NCBI GenBank assembly: GCA_964431415.1
Contig: CAYSJS010000003.1
Location: forward strand, 36,422 to 100,421
Reading direction: 5' to 3'
Length of the DNA: 64,000 nt
Origin: an uncultured Candidatus Saccharibacteria bacterium
GTDB lineage: Bacteria > Patescibacteriota > Saccharimonadia > Saccharimonadales > JACDBH01
A program made the translations under genes and the position numbers. The notes under the pieces are model-generated. The model was given only the letters and a program-made list of their open reading frames with translations. It was not told where the DNA came from and searched no databases. This document shows positions 8,390 to 18,517 of the stretch, piece after piece. Within the stretch, counting starts at the first letter, position 1, and the number at the start of each line of letters is the position of its first letter.

Positions 8390-10327
8390 TCACACCAGAG
8401 CGGCCTTTATTCTGCGGATGCCAGCGCTTGAAGCCTCTCCCTTGAGGATTTTAAACTGCTTGCCATCTTCGAACAGCTGCAAGGTATGATCAACGTGCGG
8501 CCCGCCGCAGATTTCAAAGCTAAACGGTCTTTCGTCTTTGGGAGACGCAGGGTCTTTCATCGAATATACTTTAACCGTTTCGCCGTAGCGATCCCCAAAC
8601 TGCCCAAGTGCGCCCATATCTTCACGGGCAACTTTGGTGGGATATTCAGCCCAAGATACTTGCAGGTCTTTGGCGATTTCGCGGTTCACAATTTCTTCAA
8701 CTTTGGCAATTTGTTCCGGAGTCACCTTTTCCGGGTGGCTAAAGTCAAAACGCAGGCGCTCTTCGGTTATGTTGCTACCGTTTTGAACGACATGGTCACC
8801 CAGCACTTCACGCAGTGCCTGATACATGAGGTGCGTCGCGGTGTGGTATTTCTTGTGCTGCATGCTATGGCCGCCCAAACCACCCTTAAAGGTCCCTTTG
8901 GCAGCTGTTTGGCTCATCAACTTCTGCTTAAGCATGTCGGCGTCAAAATCCTGATCAAAGTCATCAGCTACCTCGATGCCCCTCTTCCACGCCTCTTCTT
9001 TCGAAAGTTCCCGAGGAAAACCGTAGGTATCATACAGTTTAAAGCCATCGCCACCCATCAATATTGATTTCGTCTCAACCTTACCATCAAGAGTGTGTAC
9101 TTCGTACTTTTTCTGAACCATTTTCTCAAACTCTTTAATGCCATTTCTAAGCGTTTGACGGAAGACTTTCTCTTCTTTTGCGAGAACCTCCAGGACTTTT
9201 TCGCGGTTTTCGGCAACTTCCGGGAAATCGGCATGATACATATCGGCAATGACCGGCACCACTTCTTGCATAAAATTCTGCTCAATGCCAAGGTCAAAAG
9301 CCTTTAGGATGGCTCGGCGCATAAGCCGGCGCATCACGTAACCCTGCTCTTTGTTGCTTGGCACAACACCGTCTACCGCCAGGAATGTTGCGGCACGAAG
9401 ATGATCTGCAATGACCCGCATACTTTCCGTGTGTGACTCGTAAGATTTACCAGATAAGTTCTGGAGTTTTTCAATAATAGGCCATAACAGGCTGATCTTA
9501 AACATATCAGGGTCATTAATTGCAGCCTGGGCTATTCGCTCTAACCCTCCACCGAAATCAACATTTTGTGCCGGCAGTTTTTCAAAACCATTCTCGGTCT
9601 TTAAATATTCCATAAATACTGAGTTGCCTATTTCGATATATCTGCCGCAATCACAGTTTGGGTGGCATAATTCTCCCCATTTAGTATCATGCTCAACGCC
9701 GTCTAGCAAAAAGAAGACTTCGCTGTCTGGACCGCAAGGTTCGCCGTTCTTTACTTTTGCGGGTGCGCCATCGCGACTCCACCAGTTTTTCTCATCATAA
9801 AAGAAAATTCGTCCGTCTTGTTCGCCGACTTTATAGCCATTTTCTTCACTACCAACTTCAACTTCTTTAGCGTCAATGCCAACACCATCAAATAATCTTT
9901 TCCATATTCCAGCACTTTCTGTATCTTTTGGGACGCCATATTCTGGGAAACCAATACAACAAGTGACAAATAATTTATTAGGGTCAAGACCAATTTCTTT
10001 GGTTAAAAATTCAAAGAACCACGGTAATTGCTCTTTTTTGAAATAATCACCTAAAGACCAGTTACCTAGCATCTCAAAAAATGTTGTGTGCCTGTTATCG
10101 CCAATCTCATCGATGTCTTGAGCTCTTAGGCAAGTCTGACTATCTGTAATCCTCGTTCCTTCAGGATGTTTTTCACCTAACAAATACGGTATTAAGGGCT
10201 GCATGCCGGAACCCGTAAATAGTACCGACGGCTCATTGTAAGGCACCATTAAAGCCCTGGGCACAACAGCGTGGCCTTGTTTCTTAAAATATTCTAAATA
10301 TTTATTTCTAATTTCTTGTGCGGTCAT
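8390..10327 (-). CDS. alaS: Alanine--tRNA ligase, short form lacking C-Ala domain
   Basis: LFTGSGMQP, RHTTFFEMLGNWS, DFGGGLER, HTATH and EICGGPHV editing motifs; ends right after GIRRIKA. Confidence 0.97.
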   Translation of the reverse strand: MTAQEIRNKYLEYFKKQGHAVVPRALMVPYNEPSVLFTGSGMQPLIPYLLGEKHPEGTRITDSQTCLRAQDIDEIGDNRHTTFFEMLGNWSLGDYFKKEQLPWFFEFLTKEIGLDPNKLFVTCCIGFPEYGVPKDTESAGIWKRLFDGVGIDAKEVEVGSEENGYKVGEQDGRIFFYDEKNWWSRDGAPAKVKNGEPCGPDSEVFFLLDGVEHDTKWGELCHPNCDCGRYIEIGNSVFMEYLKTENGFEKLPAQNVDFGGGLERIAQAAINDPDMFKISLLWPIIEKLQNLSGKSYESHTESMRVIADHLRAATFLAVDGVVPSNKEQGYVMRRLMRRAILKAFDLGIEQNFMQEVVPVIADMYHADFPEVAENREKVLEVLAKEEKVFRQTLRNGIKEFEKMVQKKYEVHTLDGKVETKSILMGGDGFKLYDTYGFPRELSKEEAWKRGIEVADDFDQDFDADMLKQKLMSQTAAKGTFKGGLGGHSMQHKKYHTATHLMYQALREVLGDHVVQNGSNITEERLRFDFSHPEKVTPEQIAKVEEIVNREIAKDLQVSWAEYPTKVAREDMGALGQFGDRYGETVKVYSMKDPASPKDERPFSFEICGGPHVDHTLQLFEDGKQFKILKGEASSAGIRRIKAALV

Positions 10328-10377
10328 ACATTTTCCTTGGTTATGCTAACAAATTACTATCATGTATATAGAAGCTA

Positions 10378-10431
10378 CTACTTGTAGCGTACCGCGCATG
10401 CCGTTGCAGTTCCGATTAGCATTAAAATCAT
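10378..10431 (-). CDS. Putative alaS leader peptide MILMLIGTATACAVRYK (3 Ala codons)
   Basis: TATAAT (10438-10443) 6 nt before ATG; GCA-x-GCA-x-GCG; TAG inside hairpin GCTAC-AAGTA-GTAGC. Confidence 0.65.
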   Translation of the reverse strand: MILMLIGTATACAVRYK

Positions 10432-10466
10432 TCGCCCATTATAACAGAGGTAAGACTTTCGTGAAA

Positions 10467-12230
10467 CTAGTACAGTTTGTTGCGAGACAAGCCACCCCAC
10501 TCAACCACCGTAAAGCCACTACGCTTTTGAGCGCTTAAACTTTGCTTTGGCATTGCAACTGGCGTGTCATATCCGGCCATATCTAGGAAAACACGGAGCA
10601 TCGTGTCCGGCTTTGGCGTAATGGTGAGTGGTGCAAGCTGATTGAGCTGCTCGGTCGTAAACCACGTTAAGCGCACGTATTGGTTGTTCGGAATCTTCAT
10701 GCCCCAATATTCCATAAAGTCGGTTACCTCCGCTCCACGCAAGCCTTGCTCACGGAGCTGCCTTTCAATCGTAGTATGTGCGTCTTGGCGCCGTACCACC
10801 GTTCCGCTTGAAATACTTGGGTACTCTCCATGCCCTGGCCCTTCCCAAAACAGTGAGCCATATGTTCGGCCTTGTACATTTAGCAAACCACTAGGCCACG
10901 CAAACGCATTCCAGCCCGTTCTGGGATCGTACTGCGGGTCAGATATTTTAACATCAGCGCCGACTTTTACCGTAACCACCTGCGGAACGGATGGATATAA
11001 ATAGACAACCGGTTTAGCACAGCCGCCGATCGGTGCATACTCATCGCTTGTATAGATTAATATGCCGTTATTAGGACTTTGGAAAGCAAAAATGGCGTGA
11101 TTTTTTATAAAATCTTCGAGGCTCATATTGGCCTTCTTGGCATCGGCACCCACATAAAATTCTTTTGTTTCTTGGTACGCTTTTTGGACTATGGTGTTAC
11201 CAGAATCTTTAAAATGATATAGCTGCTGGCCTGTAGCGGTTTTTCCTGCCGGCACGAGATCCTGCAGTGTTACTTCTTCTCCGCGGCTTACCGAAACACC
11301 CGAGCCGCAGCCTCGCACAATACCCCCGAACTTGCCGGTCACAGTAGTGCCGTTATCCCAGATTATTCCCGCAAAATCTTCCTTTAGCGGTACATAGGTC
11401 ATGGTTATTTCGGTTGCTATGGGAGTCTGGACGCGGTAACTAATTGCCGTAAGTTTTGTGTCGGCATATGTCTTTTCTACCTTGACGAGCTTGCTCCCCC
11501 CATATGTTTTTACAACCGTCGTCTTGATGCCACTGCTATCTTTGGGCAAGCTCGTGCCAACAGTCGGCCATTCCGGAAGGGTTAATACCTCTGAATTTTC
11601 AAGCTGCAACTGTGCCGGCACGCTTAACGAATCGTAATGCTGCGTCGTGTTGATGGTTATATTTGAAGCTACTCCATCCGCAATCCTGTCGTACTCCGTT
11701 GAATACGTTTGGTTTGCATTTGGATGCAAAATTAAACTAACCTGACCAGACTCGGTTTTTTCAAAAAGGTGCGTAAACTCACCAGCGTCGTATACGCGCG
11801 CTTTAATAATAGTAACGTTACCCCGCTTGCCTACCTCGTAATATTTGACCATCTCGGCATCTTCTTTATTGTAAGTAGTATCCAAATATCCTTGGAGGGG
11901 CATTTCTTTTGGTTCTGTGTACCATGTTTCGCCAGTTGTGGGAGCGGCAAATTTCTTGAGTAACTTTTCGGTTTCCGTGTCGGCAACGATCGTCGCTTCT
12001 TTTGGTGCAGAAACCGCCGGTGTTTGCTCGCTGGTAGATGGCGCTGCCGCCTTTTCTCTGCCAAGGATAAAGTAGCCGATTATGGTTGCAGCAATAAACA
12101 GCAACACCCCAAAAATAATAATTTGTTTTTTATGAAAGCGACTTGGCTTTTTTGGCTTGGCAACCGTGCTTTCAGCGGCTGCGGAGGGCGCTTTATTTTC
12201 TTCGGTTCTTTGCAGAGATTCAGGATCCAT
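10467..12230 (-). CDS. Membrane-anchored surface protein with C-terminal KPVxYLYP...VVEWGG domain
   Basis: N-terminal TM, AAGGAG RBS, CAKPVVYLYP, YGSLFWEG, VVEWGG (recurrent uncharacterised family). Confidence 0.8.
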   Translation of the reverse strand: MDPESLQRTEENKAPSAAAESTVAKPKKPSRFHKKQIIIFGVLLFIAATIIGYFILGREKAAAPSTSEQTPAVSAPKEATIVADTETEKLLKKFAAPTTGETWYTEPKEMPLQGYLDTTYNKEDAEMVKYYEVGKRGNVTIIKARVYDAGEFTHLFEKTESGQVSLILHPNANQTYSTEYDRIADGVASNITINTTQHYDSLSVPAQLQLENSEVLTLPEWPTVGTSLPKDSSGIKTTVVKTYGGSKLVKVEKTYADTKLTAISYRVQTPIATEITMTYVPLKEDFAGIIWDNGTTVTGKFGGIVRGCGSGVSVSRGEEVTLQDLVPAGKTATGQQLYHFKDSGNTIVQKAYQETKEFYVGADAKKANMSLEDFIKNHAIFAFQSPNNGILIYTSDEYAPIGGCAKPVVYLYPSVPQVVTVKVGADVKISDPQYDPRTGWNAFAWPSGLLNVQGRTYGSLFWEGPGHGEYPSISSGTVVRRQDAHTTIERQLREQGLRGAEVTDFMEYWGMKIPNNQYVRLTWFTTEQLNQLAPLTITPKPDTMLRVFLDMAGYDTPVAMPKQSLSAQKRSGFTVVEWGGLSRNKLY

Positions 12231-12296
12231 GGGATTTGCTCCTTATGTATTACCATAAGCATACACCAAAGTAACGCGCCGTAACATAGACCGTTT

Positions 12297-13391
12297 TTAG
12301 ATCAATATACCGCCACCGAGAACTTTTTCTCCATCGTATATAACCGCTGACTGACCCGGAGTGAGCGCACGAATCGGATCATCAAGTTGTACTTCTATAC
12401 CATTATCCAGTGTATGCACCCGAGCGCCAATTAGTGGCGATCGATGGCGGGTGCGCACCTGCACCTTCTTTCCGTCTTTGGGCGTTTCACGTATCCAATG
12501 TACGCTGGTCATTGTAAAGTTTTCATGCCAGAGGCGCTCATCGGATATATCGGTCGTGACATAGACCTCGTTTGTCTGCATATCTTTTCCGACCACATAA
12601 AAAGGCATGCCGCCGCCGACATCAAGCCCATGTCGCTGACCAATGGTATAAAATATGGCGCCGTCATGCTGGCCAACGCGCTTGCCGTTCTGGTCTATAA
12701 TCGCACCGGGCTGCTGCGGGCCTAGTTCATGAAGCAGAAACTCTTTAATTCCTACTTTGCCGACAAAACATATGCCCATGCTTTCTTTTTTTGTGGCCGT
12801 TACCAAGCCAAACTCCTCGGCCAGACGGCGCACTTCGGGCTTGGTTAGATCCCCTAAGGGGAAAAGGGTGTGCATGAGTGCTTGCTCGGTAATTCTATAC
12901 AAGAAATATGTCTGATCTTTGTTGTCATCCTTTGCTTTTCGCATTTCTGCAGCCGCAATGCTACCATCTTCGCGTAAACTATGATGAACGCGGGCGTAAT
13001 GACCGGTCGCAATCATATCCGCCCCATCTTCAAGCGCCGCTTCTAGGAACAGTTTAAACTTAACCTCCTGATTGCACATAATATCCGGGTTGGGCGTTCT
13101 GCCCGCCTGATATTCGGCCACCATGTAGTCGACAACTTTTTGGCGGTATTCTTTTTCAAAATCATACATCTTAAACGGTATGTCGAGCTGTACCGCAACC
13201 CGCTTGGCATCAGTAAAGTCAACTTTCCATGGACAAGTAAAACCGGGCAGGTCCTGACTCCAGTTTTTCATATAGACACCCGTAACCTGATAGCCTTGCT
13301 TTTTCAGCAAGGCCGCCGTCACCGAAGAGTCAACTCCGCCAGATAGTCCAACATATACACGTTTTGACATGTCGACAGTATACCATCTCAT
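12297..13391 (-). CDS. mnmA: tRNA-specific 2-thiouridylase MnmA (likely start 13370)
   Basis: SGGVDS, TPNPDIMCN, ATGHY, KDQTYFL, TPGQSAVIY. Confidence 0.98.
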   Translation of the reverse strand: MRWYTVDMSKRVYVGLSGGVDSSVTAALLKKQGYQVTGVYMKNWSQDLPGFTCPWKVDFTDAKRVAVQLDIPFKMYDFEKEYRQKVVDYMVAEYQAGRTPNPDIMCNQEVKFKLFLEAALEDGADMIATGHYARVHHSLREDGSIAAAEMRKAKDDNKDQTYFLYRITEQALMHTLFPLGDLTKPEVRRLAEEFGLVTATKKESMGICFVGKVGIKEFLLHELGPQQPGAIIDQNGKRVGQHDGAIFYTIGQRHGLDVGGGMPFYVVGKDMQTNEVYVTTDISDERLWHENFTMTSVHWIRETPKDGKKVQVRTRHRSPLIGARVHTLDNGIEVQLDDPIRALTPGQSAVIYDGEKVLGGGILI

Positions 13392-13442
13392 CTGTTATGG
13401 GGACACTACAAGGGGCGTAGATAACGCACTGTACGTTTTAAT

Positions 13443-14375
13443 TTAATACCGCACGCGCTTTTCGGCTTGGCGCCGGAGTGTAGTCAGCTGATCCCTGCGG
13501 CCCAGCCAAAACGCAACTATAGTCATAAGCGCTGATACGGCAAGCGGCCACCAAAGCACCACCTGCCGTACCGTCGCCTTTGTTACATCTGCCGTATTGT
13601 TCTGCACTGCGCCGTTAGCAACCGCCACAACCTGCAAAAATGCCGTATTACCGTTCGCATCCGTTACCTTGACGACCACGGTATAGGTCCCGGCACTTGT
13701 GTAGGTATGTTTTACGGTAAAAAGCCCTCCCGCGCTCCGGCTTACCAAGTCGGTTGTGCCATCACCCCAGTTTACGCTTACCGCAAACGGTGCCGTACCA
13801 CCGCTGATAGAGAACGGCCATTCCAGCTCCTCGTTTGGGTTAGCTCCTCGTTTGGCAAAAAAGCTAGTCAAAGAGACACGCGGACCCGAGGCATTAAACC
13901 CGGTTTGGTTATAGGTAACTTTTACAGTATTAGAATCTGGCCCTTGCTGATCAAGTGCATCATATATACGGACAACAATGTTGTTTTCGCCGCTAAACAA
14001 GTCCACAGACAAGCTATAGCTGCCGTTAAGACACTGCGCGGAACCTACAAACACGCCGTTTGAAAATACCTTTACGAGTACATCTCCGCTACACAAGCCG
14101 CTAACTGTAATTGGTATGGCGGTCACCGTCTGACCGTTTTGAGGAGTCGTGACGGTGGGAGCCACAGAAGGTGGGTCAGCTGGTATTACCGCCTGGAGTC
14201 CTGATGATTGCGAAGCCGGACCCGGATCCGCATGCATTTTTCCTGTCATTAACGCAACACTAAGCACACTCAGCAAGCAAAACGCTATAAGTCGCATAAA
14301 ATAGAGTCTAGAGTAGGCACGAGTCATTAAACTGATTATAGCAAACCTTTTATGCTTTACTCTAGCAACACCCAA
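13443..14375 (-). CDS. Secreted Ig-like/PKD-domain protein with C-terminal TM anchor (likely start 14297)
   Basis: Signal peptide, Big-like domain, PKD motif VNWGDG...HTYTSAGTYTV, C-terminal TM plus basic tail. Confidence 0.85.
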   Translation of the reverse strand: MGVARVKHKRFAIISLMTRAYSRLYFMRLIAFCLLSVLSVALMTGKMHADPGPASQSSGLQAVIPADPPSVAPTVTTPQNGQTVTAIPITVSGLCSGDVLVKVFSNGVFVGSAQCLNGSYSLSVDLFSGENNIVVRIYDALDQQGPDSNTVKVTYNQTGFNASGPRVSLTSFFAKRGANPNEELEWPFSISGGTAPFAVSVNWGDGTTDLVSRSAGGLFTVKHTYTSAGTYTVVVKVTDANGNTAFLQVVAVANGAVQNNTADVTKATVRQVVLWWPLAVSALMTIVAFWLGRRDQLTTLRRQAEKRVRY

Positions 14376-14384
14376 ATGGGGTAT

Positions 14385-15350
14385 CTAGCGGCGCTTACTG
14401 CGGCGATTTTGCAAACGATGCACCAAGATGTATCCGGCAACAACAACCGCTACAAGCAGAACCAATCCGGCAATCACCGCCCAGAGCGGAACATACCAAA
14501 AGCTCGTTTTAGCGTTTATGAGGTCATTATCTGCCGATGGCTCATAGCCCAAGCTCGCCGTTACGGTGTAGTGACCAAACCACTTTTTCTTGCCCAGAGC
14601 TGTTTCAAACTTTCGTATGCTGTTAGGCAGGACGTTAGAGCGCGGTTCTTCGTTGTTGATCTCGACATTTGCTACCACTTTGCCACGCGAATCTTTAACC
14701 TGAATTTTTCCGTACGGCTTTTCGTGCGTATCACCATCGTTCTTAAGCCTTGTGACAATGCTCACATCGCCCCCAGTAATAAACTTTTTAGTTTTACCGT
14801 TAACGGCTGCACTTATTTGCTCAAGGGCGAGATGCTGCTTTATGTCACCGGGGACATTCACTAAAAAGAGCGACCCGACGCTTGCGGTCAGGTTGACGTT
14901 TGCTTGGCTGGCGTTATCGGCAGGAACAAAACGAACCGCCCCATAATAGCCGCCCGCTGCAGCGTCTGCGGGGATAGATATGGTAATATACACATCCTTA
15001 CGCTCATTAGCGGCTATGGTAAAGTCCGGAACACTCTGAACCAGCTTCTTCAGGCTGTGACTGGAGGCGGTTGCCCCATCCAGCAGCAACTGTGGCTGCC
15101 CACTTTCGGAATCGCTGGGAATAAAATCGTTAATCAGGGCTCGAACTTTCATCGGCAAGCCGGTTGGGTTCTCTACCGTTATTCTCTCCGTGCCCGATTT
15201 GCCTTTTTCTATAGTCATTTCGTTACGAATAGGCGAAACCCGGAAGCCGTTAGCGGTTTGGTTGGTGGACTGTGCAAAAGCCGAGCCGTTCATAATTGCC
15301 AGCAATGCAAGTACGGTTAGTACGCGACCAAGTCGCTGTAACATTTTCAT
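14385..15350 (-). CDS. DUF916/WxL-interacting-like (PapD chaperone-like) membrane-anchored protein
   Basis: Signal peptide, GFRVSP...ITVEN, ISIPADAAAGGYYGAVRF, LKNDGDTH..P.G, C-terminal TM plus RRSKRR. Confidence 0.75.
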   Translation of the reverse strand: MKMLQRLGRVLTVLALLAIMNGSAFAQSTNQTANGFRVSPIRNEMTIEKGKSGTERITVENPTGLPMKVRALINDFIPSDSESGQPQLLLDGATASSHSLKKLVQSVPDFTIAANERKDVYITISIPADAAAGGYYGAVRFVPADNASQANVNLTASVGSLFLVNVPGDIKQHLALEQISAAVNGKTKKFITGGDVSIVTRLKNDGDTHEKPYGKIQVKDSRGKVVANVEINNEEPRSNVLPNSIRKFETALGKKKWFGHYTVTASLGYEPSADNDLINAKTSFWYVPLWAVIAGLVLLVAVVVAGYILVHRLQNRRSKRR

Positions 15351-15472
15351 AACGATTGTAATATACCCCTAGAATTTAATGATAACGCACTTATGGTAAC
15401 AGAGAATTCGTGTCGTTGTCCATCTAAAAAGCACTAGTGGTTTTTACTACAATTACCTAGAATAGAGTTAGT

Positions 15473-16147
15473 ATGTACAGAATCGGGCACCGGAAAAAGC
15501 GCATTCGTCATCACGTTGTTGTGATTAGTTTGGTGGTTTTTGTAATCGCTGCAGTTACAGGCAGTATCTTTTGGCTTTTGCTACTCCGTTCGGACGTCAC
15601 GTATATTGAACAGACCGAACCTGGCACCCAAACGTTTGACCCAGAAGAAGCCAACAAGAATGTAAAAATAGATACCCCGCTCTATACTATGGAACTGCCA
15701 AAGGACTGGAAACAAATCAGCCAGAACAAGGACGACCGTTACGCAAGCACGGAATGGCAGTTACAGACAGGCATGTCCAACCGGTGGATCGAGTTATACA
15801 CCGACCGCATACCGCCAGAGAAAGTGTTTAATAAAATTATCCCCGTCACCATCAGCAACAACGTTATAGTTCCGGAGGCCGCTTCAGACAACTGTATTAA
15901 ATTCACCCAGTCATCCAGTACAAGCCTGATTGTGGCATCAAAATGGCAGAATGCTCCTTTCTTATGTGATTTTAGCCACTGGAACGACAATATTGTTGGT
16001 GTCTCCGAAAAGAATAAAGGTACAGTTTTCTCACTAACCGGCCCCTCGAAGGGTACGCACACATACATGTTCGTCTATACAGACAGAGGCATACCAGAAG
16101 ATTCACAGCCAATTATAACCGCGCTTTCTACACTGCGGCCAAAATAG
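15473..16147 (+). CDS. Membrane-anchored hypothetical protein
   Basis: Basic N-terminus plus TM, soluble domain with 2 Cys; TAGAAT -10 shortly before ATG. Confidence 0.75.
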   Translation: MYRIGHRKKRIRHHVVVISLVVFVIAAVTGSIFWLLLLRSDVTYIEQTEPGTQTFDPEEANKNVKIDTPLYTMELPKDWKQISQNKDDRYASTEWQLQTGMSNRWIELYTDRIPPEKVFNKIIPVTISNNVIVPEAASDNCIKFTQSSSTSLIVASKWQNAPFLCDFSHWNDNIVGVSEKNKGTVFSLTGPSKGTHTYMFVYTDRGIPEDSQPIITALSTLRPK

Positions 16148-16149
16148 TT

Positions 16150-17211
16150 TTAGTAGTTTCCGACCGCTAAGTAGGTAATGGTCGTAGCATAGTACCCAGA
16201 CGGCTGGCTGGCATTTATATTCACGATGTAACTCGCCGTAAATATGCGGTAATTGTCAGGACCACCGACGCTTGCGATCGCATCGCCGTTTTTAAAGATA
16301 TAATTATCAGGAACGGCATAATTCCCTACCGGCGATGCACTTCCCGGACCGCTCGGCTCGGCGCCTACATTGGGCGCAATATTACTGCGCAAGTTCATAC
16401 CAAACTGGTTGGTTCCCGGTAGAGAAACGCTAAGCGTACTGAGCGGGGGCAAAACATTGTTGCCTGACGTGAGCGAATTACCCAAAACACTGATCGTATA
16501 GCCGTTGTCGGCGTTGGTTGCCGCCGCAAACTGAGATGTTCCGCTTTTGGCTGTCGCCGTAGAAAGCGCCCCAAAATCAACAATCGAACCGACCGGCGCC
16601 GTACAATCATTGGTTGTGATTGTCGTCCCAACACATAAGTCAATGTAAGGCGGAACGGTTGTCGAAATGGTCAAATCGCCCAAAATTGCATAGGCGATAC
16701 CGGCGGCATCAGTCAGGGCCCCTCCGGCGCTCGCGCCCGAAAATATTTGTAACCGCACGTACTGCGAACCTACGTTGTCGGGGTTTTCTACGCCCCCTAG
16801 TTCGAACCGAAAGCTCGTGGCATTAACCGCGCTTGGCGGGCGAGAAAGCACTATTTTATGCGCATTAGTCATAGGAATGTCTTTAAAAAAGTCGTTAGTG
16901 CCCGACTGCGAAAGTATGGTTGCAGAGCTAATATCAAAACCGCTCGGCACCGTACAAGACGTGCCTGGGAAAGGGTCGTTTTCGCAAAATTCAATTTCTA
17001 CTGATCCGATCGTGGTCGTAGAAATCGTATCAAAACCTATCTCATATGTTACGCCCACATGCCCGGCAACACTGTCAGACAATTTGACATATCTATTGGG
17101 TAAGGTGCTCGAAAAAGCACCGGTATGCGTAAGCGGTCTTACTGTCATAAGTAAGACCGCTAAGCCTAAGATGAGCAGGCTCTTTTTGTGATCACCTACA
17201 CGTAGACGCAT
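16150..17211 (-). CDS. Secreted WxL-like/pilin-like protein
   Basis: Signal peptide; TNA.NGY, FGMNL, C-terminal GYYATTITYLAVGNY strand; paralog of the next two genes. Confidence 0.75.
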   Translation of the reverse strand: MRLRVGDHKKSLLILGLAVLLMTVRPLTHTGAFSSTLPNRYVKLSDSVAGHVGVTYEIGFDTISTTTIGSVEIEFCENDPFPGTSCTVPSGFDISSATILSQSGTNDFFKDIPMTNAHKIVLSRPPSAVNATSFRFELGGVENPDNVGSQYVRLQIFSGASAGGALTDAAGIAYAILGDLTISTTVPPYIDLCVGTTITTNDCTAPVGSIVDFGALSTATAKSGTSQFAAATNADNGYTISVLGNSLTSGNNVLPPLSTLSVSLPGTNQFGMNLRSNIAPNVGAEPSGPGSASPVGNYAVPDNYIFKNGDAIASVGGPDNYRIFTASYIVNINASQPSGYYATTITYLAVGNY

Positions 17212-17238
17212 GTAACCGCCTTTCCCTTTATTTAGGGC

Positions 17239-18405
17239 CTAGTAAACACCGGTCGCGATAAAGGTAAAGGTAGAGGTATAGACACCGGATTTGGTCGTGG
17301 TTGAGGATTTGCCTACAAAATCAACGGTAGTCGCCGCTTCAGTGGTTGGGCCGGCTGTCGTTACGATAGTATCCCCGTAAGTAACTGCCAGGTTGGTCGA
17401 GTCGAAGCTGTGGTTACCGGCAGCGCAAGCGTATCCAGCGTCAACAGTATGACCCGACCCTGCCGTAGCCGAGAGACCGAACTGTTCAACCGATGCTGTG
17501 GTAGAATCTGCCGTACACGATCCAGATCCTGAGCCTATTGCGGCAATCGTGTTCGCTCCAGAGGTCAGTGTGCCCGTTGCTTTAGCGCGAACCGTCACAC
17601 CAGTAGTTGCGTTACTTGCAATGCCCAGCTTTGCAGTAAGCGGCGTTGTTGCATTGGTTGAAGTGAGGTAAGCGGTGGTAGTGCTAGACAGCACGCCGAA
17701 TGAGTCACCAAGCACCATACCGGCCACGGAACCACCAGCACAGTTAGCGCCCGTGGTGTACACACAGAAGGTCAATGTTTCCTGAACCTTAGCGGTCACG
17801 GTGATCTGCGCAGCAGTAGAGAGCGCAACACCGCCTTCATCAACATGAGTTGCACCCGTGTCTGGGTTTGCAACGGTATAGCTCGTAGCACCGGCAGTTA
17901 CAGAGTACGTGTAGATACGTGCATAAAACGTACCAACTGCGCTTGTTGGGTTCTGTACGTTATTGATCGTAAAGTCGGCAACAGTCGCATTAGTAAAAGA
18001 CACGCCGGTTGCCTGAGTGAGTAGTAGGGTGCGACCTGAGTTTGCGGATGCGGCCGTCCATGTCTGTGTATTCATCGGAGTTGTGTTCATAGTGACAGAC
18101 GGCGAGCCACCAACAGTAAAGTTGGTCGGAGCAGTACAGGTCGTGTCGCCAATAATAGGTGAGTTGGCACAAAAGTCTATAACGATACCGCGACCGGTAT
18201 AAGTTGAAGTGGTGGTAAATTTCACATTATAAGAGGTAGTAGCCGTACTTCCAGCGTTACTAGAATTGCTCATTTGGATCGAACGTGACGTGACCTGGCC
18301 TGCCGAGGCAGCTTGCGGTCTTAGTGCCAGCACAGGCACCAGGGCAAGTACCACTGCCGAAGCGACGTAGGCGATCCGCTTGAGTAAGCGAGTCAAAATT
18401 AACAT
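17239..18405 (-). CDS. Secreted WxL-like/pilin-like protein (candidate major subunit)
   Basis: Signal peptide, AAGGA RBS, Thr/Ala-rich, SNA.TG, QFGL, C-terminal GVYTSTFTFIATGVY. Confidence 0.78.
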   Translation of the reverse strand: MLILTRLLKRIAYVASAVVLALVPVLALRPQAASAGQVTSRSIQMSNSSNAGSTATTSYNVKFTTTSTYTGRGIVIDFCANSPIIGDTTCTAPTNFTVGGSPSVTMNTTPMNTQTWTAASANSGRTLLLTQATGVSFTNATVADFTINNVQNPTSAVGTFYARIYTYSVTAGATSYTVANPDTGATHVDEGGVALSTAAQITVTAKVQETLTFCVYTTGANCAGGSVAGMVLGDSFGVLSSTTTAYLTSTNATTPLTAKLGIASNATTGVTVRAKATGTLTSGANTIAAIGSGSGSCTADSTTASVEQFGLSATAGSGHTVDAGYACAAGNHSFDSTNLAVTYGDTIVTTAGPTTEAATTVDFVGKSSTTTKSGVYTSTFTFIATGVY

Positions 18406-18517
18406 ATCATAATTTCCTTTTTATTTTTTATCTATACAGTTGAAATTTAGCATAATCAGTATACGCTTGCAAACAGATATTATGCGTAGTTATCCACAGG
18501 TTACGTTAAACGCACAG

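Noticed and set aside
10328-10443. T-box riboswitch upstream of alaS (GTACCGCG seen)
   Set aside because: The motif is on the non-coding strand; the leader is too short for stem I and has no UGGNACC antiterminator
18490-18498. Perfect DnaA box TTATCCACA suggesting oriC
   Set aside because: Single box, no cluster and no dnaA/dnaN nearby; at most a regulatory site
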